A program made the position numbers and the translations under genes. The notes beneath the pieces are model-generated. The model was not told the DNA's origin, made no database searches, and saw only the letters and a program-made list of their open reading frames with translations. This document shows positions 57,019-64,000 of a stretch of 64,000 bases of DNA, piece after piece. Numbering within the stretch: position 1 is the first letter of the stretch; each line of letters begins with the position of its first letter. Location: contig JAXHVD010000019.1 of the NCBI GenBank assembly GCA_034189385.1, positions 26,181-90,180 of the forward strand, read 5' to 3'. This stretch comes from Thermodesulfobacteriota bacterium. Its GTDB lineage: Bacteria; Desulfobacterota; Desulfobacteria; Desulfobacterales; C00003060.

Positions 57019-59019
57019 ATGACACAATACGTCATCACAAAACGGCCCTGCAAACCAGAAGACAGGGCCTTTTCTATACCTTATGAGCAGGTCCTCAACC
57101 CTTCCCAATATGAGGCTGTGACCACACTGGAAGGGCCCATTCTGGTCATTGCAGGCGCGGGCAGCGGCAAGACCAGGACCCTCACATACAGGGTTGCCAG
57201 GTTGGTGGAGCAAGGCGTACCACCTGGCTCTATCCTGCTTCTCACCTTTACACGGAAGGCGTCGGCTGAAATGCTTCGCAGGGCAGCTGTCCTCCTGGAT
57301 CAGCGCTGCGAAAGGGTGGCTGGCGGCACCTTTCATTCCTTTGGCAATTCTACGCTGAGAAGATACGCCCAGAAGCTCGGATTTGAGTCGGGATTCAACA
57401 TACTGGATCGGGCGGACGCAGAAGACGCCATCAGCCTCCTTCGAACCAGGCTGAAGCTCAATGTCAGGGGGCGGCGCTTTCCAAGAAAGAGGACCATAGC
57501 GAACATATACAGCAAGGCGGTGAACAAAGTTTTGCCCATTGAGGAGGTCATCTTCGAAGACTACCCGCATTTCACTAGGGAGATAGAAGATCTCCTTCGC
57601 CTTCATGACCAATATGAAAGGCACAAGAAGAAACATCTTCTCATGGATTACGATGATCTCTTAGTGGGCCTTAAGACCTTGCTCGAAGAGAACCAGGACG
57701 TACTGGAGAGGCTTTCCCGTGCCTATCGTTACATCATGGTGGACGAATATCAGGACACTAACAAGATACAGGCGGACATTGTGAGACTCCTTGGCGCCTT
57801 GCACCATAACGTGATGGTGGTAGGAGACGACTCTCAGTCCATCTATGCCTTTCGAGGGGCCAGTTTTGGAAATATCATGAACTTTCCAAAGATATTTCCT
57901 GAGACAAAGGTCGTCAAGCTGGAAGAGAATTATCGGAGCACCCAGCCTATACTCGACGTAGCTAATATCATTATCGATCGTGCACAAGAAAAATACACGA
58001 AGGTCCTTTTCACCCAGAAGAAAAACGGCGAACCGCCAGCCCTGGTAGCAGCAGAAAACGAAGAGATGCAGTCGCAGTTTGTGGCTCAAAGGATCCTAGA
58101 ACTGAGAGAAGAAGGCATACCGCTGGGCAACATGGCTGTACTGTTTCGAGCCAGTTACTATTCCTTTGATCTGGAGATTGAACTCAACAGGAGGAATATC
58201 CCCTTTGTGAAGGTGGGCGGGTTCAAGTTCATGGAAACAGCTCATATTAAAGACCTTCTGGCCCATATGAAGATCCTGGCCAACCCTCACGATTCTGTCA
58301 GCTGGCACCGGGTGCTCCTTTTGCTGGAAAACGTGGGGCCCAAGGCAGCAGATGATATTTTTGAAGAAGTGGTAAGATCCGGGAAGGGCGTTGGGGGTCT
58401 TGCCACCTTCACACCCAAGCCTCCCTATGCCGAAGCCTTTGAAAGGTTCGCAGAGGCACTGCAAGAGCTCCAGACAGACAGGCTCCCCGTTGCCGAGATT
58501 GGGGCAAGGCTGGCCCATTATTATCAACCCCTTCTGGAAAAAAGGTTTGATGATTATCCCAAGCGGGCCAAGGATCTTGAACACGTCCTCACGATCATGG
58601 AGCGATACGAAAGCCTCGAAAGATTCCTCTCTGATATGGCCCTAGAACCTCCCAATGCCAGCGTAAACGATGTGCTTGCCACTGACTACGATGACGAAAA
58701 GCTGGTCCTTTCCACGATTCATTCTGCCAAGGGGCTGGAATGGGATACGGTTTTTATCCTCTCGGCCTTGGAAGGCCGCTTCCCGAGTACCTATGCTGCG
58801 CGGAGTGACGAAGAGATGGAAGAAGAGCTTCGTCTGATGTACGTAGCTGCCACTCGGGCCAAAGAGAGGCTTTACTTCACTTATCCGATCGACATATATG
58901 ACAGGAGCTCCGGGATGGTGCTCTCCAGGCCTTCGCGGTTCATCGAGGATATCCCTACCGATGTCTTGCAGCCGTGGTCCCTGCTCACCGATTTTCAAAC
59001 CGACGACGATGTCTGGTAA
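57019..59019 (+). CDS. UvrD/Rep/PcrA-family ATP-dependent DNA helicase
   Basis: AGAGSGKT, TFHS, VDEYQD, VGDDSQSIYAFRGA, LEENYRST, TIHSAKGLEW, EELRLMYVAATRA. Confidence 0.96.
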   Translation: MTQYVITKRPCKPEDRAFSIPYEQVLNPSQYEAVTTLEGPILVIAGAGSGKTRTLTYRVARLVEQGVPPGSILLLTFTRKASAEMLRRAAVLLDQRCERVAGGTFHSFGNSTLRRYAQKLGFESGFNILDRADAEDAISLLRTRLKLNVRGRRFPRKRTIANIYSKAVNKVLPIEEVIFEDYPHFTREIEDLLRLHDQYERHKKKHLLMDYDDLLVGLKTLLEENQDVLERLSRAYRYIMVDEYQDTNKIQADIVRLLGALHHNVMVVGDDSQSIYAFRGASFGNIMNFPKIFPETKVVKLEENYRSTQPILDVANIIIDRAQEKYTKVLFTQKKNGEPPALVAAENEEMQSQFVAQRILELREEGIPLGNMAVLFRASYYSFDLEIELNRRNIPFVKVGGFKFMETAHIKDLLAHMKILANPHDSVSWHRVLLLLENVGPKAADDIFEEVVRSGKGVGGLATFTPKPPYAEAFERFAEALQELQTDRLPVAEIGARLAHYYQPLLEKRFDDYPKRAKDLEHVLTIMERYESLERFLSDMALEPPNASVNDVLATDYDDEKLVLSTIHSAKGLEWDTVFILSALEGRFPSTYAARSDEEMEEELRLMYVAATRAKERLYFTYPIDIYDRSSGMVLSRPSRFIEDIPTDVLQPWSLLTDFQTDDDVW

Positions 59020-60223
59020 GATAGCAGTCATTGGGGCAGGGCCAGCCGGATCGCACCTTTCCTATCTTCTGAGTAAACAGGACCAGAGTGTCACCCTGTA
59101 TGAGTCAAAGGCCTTAGACAAGGAAAAGCCGTGCGCCGGCGGCCTCACCTACAAAATATTTTTAGACACGGCCATCCCTCAGGAGCTACCTATTCCGGCG
59201 CGTCCTTTCAATTCCTCAAGGGTGATCTCCTGGGACGACACCTATGTTGACGTCCCTCTTCAGAAGGAAGTTGCCGTCGTCAGACGCAGGGACCTTGACC
59301 GATGGCTGCTCGAAAGAGCCCTCCAGGCAGGGACCAGGTTCGTGAACAAGAGAGTAAGGGCCTTGGAGCAGACTCGCAACGGATGGTCCCTTTCTACACG
59401 GGGCAGATCTGAGCCATACGACCTTGTCGTCGGTGCCGACGGGGCAAGCAGCCTGGTCAGAAGGACCCTCTCGTCCAGGTTCAAAGCCCATGAGTTTTAC
59501 AAGGCTTGCGGGTATTTTATAAGAAGACTGGGCGAGACGAGAATCATTGTCAAGTTCTTCCACGGTCTTGAAGGGTACGCCTGGGTCTTTCCTGGCGTGG
59601 AGTATGCTTCAGCAGGAATATGCGGCACAGGACATAGACATGGCACCGCTGGCCTCAAGAGAAGGCTCACCAAGTTCTTGGCCGGTCATTACTCGGAGAA
59701 TCAGTTACAGGACAGAAGATCCTTTGCATGGGTCATCCCTTCTCTTTCCCACGGCGATTTCAGGCATCTCAAGATCGCAGGCTGTGACTGGGCCTTGGTC
59801 GGAGATGCTGCCGGATTGGCTGACCCCATAACCGGTGAAGGCATTTACTACGCCATCAGATCAGCGGAAATCCTCGCCAAGTCTCTTTTGGATGACCGCA
59901 TGGACCGCTACGCCGCTACGATCTACAAGCAATTTGGTGCAAATCTCGCAAGGGCGGCTTCCCTGAAAAGACTGTTCTTCTCTCCAGGTTTCATAGAAAA
60001 CACAGTCCTGCTGGCCAGGGCAAGTCCTGCCATAAGAACCGTCTTGTCAGATCTCTATACTGGGGCCCAGGACTATCTTTCTCTGGAACAACGGCTGGTC
60101 AAATGCGTGGGGCCCTGTATGAAAGCCATGATGTCTCCTGAAAGGCTTCCCTTTCTGGCCCGTGCCCTTTTCAATATCGGACGCATGGCACGCACCTACC
60201 GCCAGGGAAAACTGGTTGACTAG
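59009..60223 (+). CDS. Geranylgeranyl-reductase-family FAD-dependent oxidoreductase
   Basis: IGAGPAG, KPCAGG, GADGASS, GYAWVFP, GDAAGLADPITGEGI; ATG 59009 overlaps the helicase end. Confidence 0.88.
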   Translation: MSGKIAVIGAGPAGSHLSYLLSKQDQSVTLYESKALDKEKPCAGGLTYKIFLDTAIPQELPIPARPFNSSRVISWDDTYVDVPLQKEVAVVRRRDLDRWLLERALQAGTRFVNKRVRALEQTRNGWSLSTRGRSEPYDLVVGADGASSLVRRTLSSRFKAHEFYKACGYFIRRLGETRIIVKFFHGLEGYAWVFPGVEYASAGICGTGHRHGTAGLKRRLTKFLAGHYSENQLQDRRSFAWVIPSLSHGDFRHLKIAGCDWALVGDAAGLADPITGEGIYYAIRSAEILAKSLLDDRMDRYAATIYKQFGANLARAASLKRLFFSPGFIENTVLLARASPAIRTVLSDLYTGAQDYLSLEQRLVKCVGPCMKAMMSPERLPFLARALFNIGRMARTYRQGKLVD

Positions 60224-60310
60224 TCACGTGGCTCTTGCACAGCCCACAGGGCCGCTGAGTGTTTGGTTCATGCCACCACACGGACTCAAACCCAGACGCC
60301 CCGCAACGGG

Positions 60311-60505
60311 CCGATGGTCGGCCTGATTTCTCCTCTCAAGAAATCGGGCCAAAATAATAGATGATCTCGGCGCTCTCTGTGAACTTCAGCGCCCCTGCCT
60401 TCGACATGAGTCATTCGACCCTGAGACTTATCGGCGAGCTCAAGTCGAGCCGCTCATAACCGAAGGGCTCAGGCCGAATGTAGCCCAGTCGATGGGGAAG
60501 CGGGC
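60311..60505. repeat. Cluster of nested short palindromes (REP-like)
   Basis: GGCCTGATTTCT/AGAAATCGGGCC; CATTCGACCCTGAG/CTCAGGCCGAATG enclosing CGGCGAGCTCAAGTCGAGCCG. Confidence 0.55.
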
Positions 60506-60661
60506 AAGAGGACATGCTCTGACCTACCTGGATAGCAAATCCTGCACCATCAGCTTGGCTGAGGGTTTAAGATGCTAATGAACATTGCCCGAAGCCTGAA
60601 AACGGGGGCATCGACATCTTGGTTGACTCGATAATCCACCTCTGATAGTTTTTTTTGACAT

Positions 60662-61633
60662 ATGATTCCCATTCGAGACACCATCCGGTCGGAAACCTAC
60701 CCCATCGTCAACACGGCTCTCATTGCGGTCAACATCGTGGCCTTTCTGGTGCAGATGTCTCAGGGGCAAGCATTTAGCAAGTTTATCTTTGTTTACGGCC
60801 TCGTCCCCGCCCGATACTCCATGCCCCAGATCTCTGCCTACTTTACTGCGGCCCAGCAGGTACTTCCTTTTCTCACCTTTATGTTCTTACACGGCGGCTT
60901 CCTTCACTTGCTGGGCAACATGTGGTTTCTCTACATCTTTGGAGATAACGTGGAAGACCGCCTGGGGCACCTCCGATACCTTGCCTTCTATCTGTTATGC
61001 GGATTGGCTTCCGGCCTTTCCCACCTGGCCCTGAACTGGCACTCAGAAATCCCTACTATCGGTGCCAGCGGCGCCATTGCCGGCGTCATGGGCGCTTACT
61101 TTCTCCTCTATCCTGCAGCCAAGGTGCTCACCCTCGTGCCGATCTTCATCTTTTTTCAATTTTTGGAAATTCCGGCATTTGTTTTCATGGGGGTGTGGTT
61201 CTTGTTCCAGTTTCTGAGCGCCGCAGGCGCCTCAGCCAACGCAGGAGGCATTGCCTGGTGGGCCCATATTGGCGGCTTCATCTTTGGTATGGTCTTCCTT
61301 AAGCTCTTTCAGGTATTGCCTGAAATGGCTTTGGCCAAAAAGTCCCGGGCCATAACGAGGAAACACACAACCCCACGCCTCCAGGTCGTTCACCCTGTTG
61401 CCGTGGGATATGAGCCGGATCTTCATGGCGTGATTTCCGTAAGCGAGCGTGAGGCCCTCTTTGGGGCACGCAAACTGGTCAACGTGGCCCAGGGTTTTAA
61501 GAAAAGGACGTTCATGTTGACCATACCAGAAGGCATTTCAGACGGAAGTAGGCTTCGCCTGGCAGGCATGGGACGCGAGAGGCCAGATGGTTCAAGGGGG
61601 GATCTCTACCTAAAGGTACAAATAAGAGGTTGA
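60662..61633 (+). CDS. Rhomboid intramembrane serine protease with C-terminal DnaJ_C-like domain
   Basis: MFLHGGFLHLLGNM, GASG (catalytic Ser), WAHIGG (catalytic His); tail IPEGISDGSRLRLAGMG..GDLYLKV. Confidence 0.9.
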   Translation: MIPIRDTIRSETYPIVNTALIAVNIVAFLVQMSQGQAFSKFIFVYGLVPARYSMPQISAYFTAAQQVLPFLTFMFLHGGFLHLLGNMWFLYIFGDNVEDRLGHLRYLAFYLLCGLASGLSHLALNWHSEIPTIGASGAIAGVMGAYFLLYPAAKVLTLVPIFIFFQFLEIPAFVFMGVWFLFQFLSAAGASANAGGIAWWAHIGGFIFGMVFLKLFQVLPEMALAKKSRAITRKHTTPRLQVVHPVAVGYEPDLHGVISVSEREALFGARKLVNVAQGFKKRTFMLTIPEGISDGSRLRLAGMGRERPDGSRGDLYLKVQIRG

Positions 61634-61761
61634 CGGCCACTGGTGATGGGCTTGCTTATTTTTCCCGGGATTGGTATTTCATAAATAGGGCTCCAGGTTC
61701 AGAGTTGCGAGGCCTGAATGAATAACACAAGTGACAAGTGACAAAGAGAAGGAGGGACTAG

Positions 61762-63183
61762 ATGACGACCCAAGCATTGCAATCATTGCTGGCTGATCTG
61801 GATGGTTCTGTGACTGTGGATGATGAGAGGGTGTCCGTTGGCGATGAGAAGAAGCTGCGTGGGACTCCCATAGACGCATTGGCCCATGCGGCTGTGTTTG
61901 GCGAAAAGGGGAAACAAGCCTCTGCCAGATGGCTCCTCTGGGAACTAGGACAGACAATGGGGATCTACCCGGCATCTATCAACGAGCTCTATATGGCAAG
62001 GGGCCGGGGTGAGGTCCCCCTGAACTTCACGGTGCCTGCCATCAATCTGCGGGCCATGACTTATGACAGTGCCCAGGCGGTCTTCAGGGCCGCCATCGGA
62101 CGGGATGTGGGTGCCTTGATCTTTGAAATTGCCCGCTCAGAGATTGGATACACAGACCAGCGGCCAGCCGAATACTTGAGTGTGGTCATGGCAGCGGCCA
62201 TCAAGGAAGGCTATCGGGGGCCCCTCTTTGTCCAGGGCGACCATTTTCAGGTCAATGCCAAGAAGTTCAAGAGCGATCGAGATACAGAGCTCAAGGCCGT
62301 ATCGGACCTAGCGGCCGAGGCCATTGCCGCTGGTTTCTACAATATTGACGTGGACACGTCCACCTTGGTGGATCTGAGCTATGATACAGTCGATGAACAG
62401 CAACGGAACAACTACGAGATATGTGCTGACCTGACCCGCTTTATCCGTGAGCGAGAACCTAAGGGGGTAACCGTCTCCGTGGGCGGGGAGATTGGCGAGA
62501 TAGGCGAAAAGAACAGCGATGAGACGGAATTGCGGGCCTATATGGACGGCTATAACAGGAGCCTTCCCAAGGGGATGGTGGGGCTTTCCAAGATCAGTAT
62601 CCAGACCGGCACGGCCCACGGAGGCGTTCCGCTCCCTGATGGGACCCTGGCGCAGGTGAAGATCGATTTTAATGTGATCAAGGAGTTGTCAAAGGTGGCC
62701 CGTGACGCCTACGGCATGGGAGGGGCGGTGCAGCACGGGGCATCAACGCTGCCTGATGAGGCCTTCAACCAGTTCGTGCAAAATGAGGCCACAGAGGTCC
62801 ATCTGGCCACCGGGTTTCAGAACATCGTCTATGACCATGAGGCCTTTCCTGCAGACCTTCGCCAACGTATCTACGATCACATCAAGACCGCCCACGCCAG
62901 CGAACAAAAAGAGGGACAGACAGAAGAACAGTTTATCTATAAGACACGAAAGAAGGGCTTCGGCCCCTTCAAGGAAGCCCTCTGGGGCCTTCCGGAAGAG
63001 GTGCGAAAGGCCATTCGGGGAAGCCTTGAAGAGAAATTCGGTTTCCTTTTTGATCAGCTAAACGTGGCAAACACCATGGAAACAGCCAAGCGCTATGCAC
63101 CGCGCGTAGAAATCCACAAGAGCCTGGCCGATTTCGGGGGGCCGGCAGCTAAAGGCGAGGATGTATCAGATTTGGCAGACTGA
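61762..63183 (+). CDS. Class II fructose-bisphosphate aldolase-family protein (long form)
   Basis: VPAINL, QGDHF, GGEIGEIG, GTAHGG, VQHGAS, EVHLATGFQ. Confidence 0.85.
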   Translation: MTTQALQSLLADLDGSVTVDDERVSVGDEKKLRGTPIDALAHAAVFGEKGKQASARWLLWELGQTMGIYPASINELYMARGRGEVPLNFTVPAINLRAMTYDSAQAVFRAAIGRDVGALIFEIARSEIGYTDQRPAEYLSVVMAAAIKEGYRGPLFVQGDHFQVNAKKFKSDRDTELKAVSDLAAEAIAAGFYNIDVDTSTLVDLSYDTVDEQQRNNYEICADLTRFIREREPKGVTVSVGGEIGEIGEKNSDETELRAYMDGYNRSLPKGMVGLSKISIQTGTAHGGVPLPDGTLAQVKIDFNVIKELSKVARDAYGMGGAVQHGASTLPDEAFNQFVQNEATEVHLATGFQNIVYDHEAFPADLRQRIYDHIKTAHASEQKEGQTEEQFIYKTRKKGFGPFKEALWGLPEEVRKAIRGSLEEKFGFLFDQLNVANTMETAKRYAPRVEIHKSLADFGGPAAKGEDVSDLAD

Positions 63184-63692
63184 TTCCGACGTTGTGAACG
63201 ATTTTTAAAAAGAAAGCGGTCTGCTACGAATCCGCCTAGGACGTTCCCGTGCAAAAAGGGCCAGACCATGGGTGCTACTCCGTCTGGTCTTGCCGTTGGG
63301 ATATCCGTTACAAATCTTTTATAAAGTCGATTAGTTGTCAACCGCCACCTATGGACAAGCAATCCAACCAGACCGGAAGGCACTCCCCGGCTACGTAAGG
63401 GCAGGTAATCCATATTCTTCCCTAGGCTGGAATAATCGTCAAATATCGACGCTTTTTGACCGTCGGTCTTTGTTCTGATATCTCTGGCACCTTTAACTTC
63501 AGGTGTTCAAGACAGAAGTTTGCCGCATAATTCAAATAATACCGAAAACTGTTATACTGCAAAAATGCAATATAATACCGCTCTGTCTGGGATTATACGG
63601 CTAATGCGCCGTATTTTTTCGATTATCCTGCAATAACGCCCTATTATAATACGGCTTTTGGGAAGTCTATTTCAAAGCTAGAGCAGTAAATC

Positions 63693-63887
63693 ATGTCGTG
63701 GCAAATTGAATTTGACGAGGAACGCCAAGTGATCTTCCTGACCTTTAAGTCGGACATTTCTAAAAAGGATATCCACGAATCCAGCGCTGCCTTTATTAAA
63801 ATGATGCAAGATAAGAGTACCCGCAAGATCTTAACGGATTTCACCGATGCCCAAACCCTGGCAGCCTCTACGTTTGATATTTATTAC
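63693..63887 (+). pseudogene. Small STAS/SpoIIAA-like gene apparently interrupted by an IS
   Basis: MSWQIEFDEERQVIFLTFKSDIS..KILTDFTDA..STFDIY runs directly into the IS end hairpin; the ORF-track tail YPAACGG is hairpin-encoded. Family assignment is tentative. Confidence 0.55.
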
Positions 63888-64000
63888 TGTTTTCAATACC
63901 CCGCTGCTTGCGGCGGGGTAAAAGGCGGTGTTATATAGCCGTCTTATGGAATTAGGAAAGACATCACACAGCGTATACAAAATCCGTTATCACATTGTAA
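63888..64000 (+). mobile_element. IS200/IS605-family element, left end (runs off window)
   Basis: Subterminal hairpin TACCCCGCTGC-TT-GCGGCGGGGTA (63897-63920) followed by the tnpA start; exact boundary uncertain. Confidence 0.8.
63946..64000 (+). CDS. tnpA: IS200/IS605 Y1 (HUH) transposase, N-terminal 18 aa
   Basis: MELGKTSHSVYKIRYHIV matches the SH-x-VY-x3-YHIV N-terminus typical of IS200 TnpA. Confidence 0.8.
   Translation, partial: MELGKTSHSVYKIRYHIV

Noticed and set aside
63093..63413. 106-aa minus-strand ORF after the aldolase
   Set aside because: Overlaps the aldolase 3' end and has no recognisable family; may be a decayed fragment but cannot be supported.

Overview
Bacterial chromosomal segment, most likely a Desulfobacterota (deltaproteobacterial) anaerobe, inferred from a DVU0772-family gene, a HesB-like selenoprotein, a divergent dnaA paralogue and the repeat families present. 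In order, it holds the 5' end of uvrA, nested MITEs, pdxA, a dnaA paralogue overlapping a glcD-like oxidase, Hsp20, MFS, DUF748, several two-component genes and a TolC-MacA-MacB efflux operon. A ~21 kb phosphate-acquisition region follows (two PiT/DUF47 pairs, alkaline phosphatase, phoBR-mgsA, pstSCAB-phoU, porin), marked by 11-bp-periodic YTAACA Pho-box-like arrays and interrupted by a cluster of two Cys-less thiolase-like and two DUF35 genes. The end has a UvrD-like helicase, rhomboid, class II aldolase and the start of an IS200/IS605 element. Highlights: (1) an unannotated candidate exported selenoprotein at 32472-33023, whose in-frame UGA falls exactly after a signal peptide, at the lipobox-Cys position (LSA-U), followed by a SECIS-like hairpin; (2) a HesB-like selenoprotein missed by the ORF track; (3) three non-autonomous hairpin elements related to the IS200/IS605 end, two with short palindromes inserted in their hairpin loops. 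No rRNA, tRNA or CRISPR array was recognised. All calls are by eye, without database searches.
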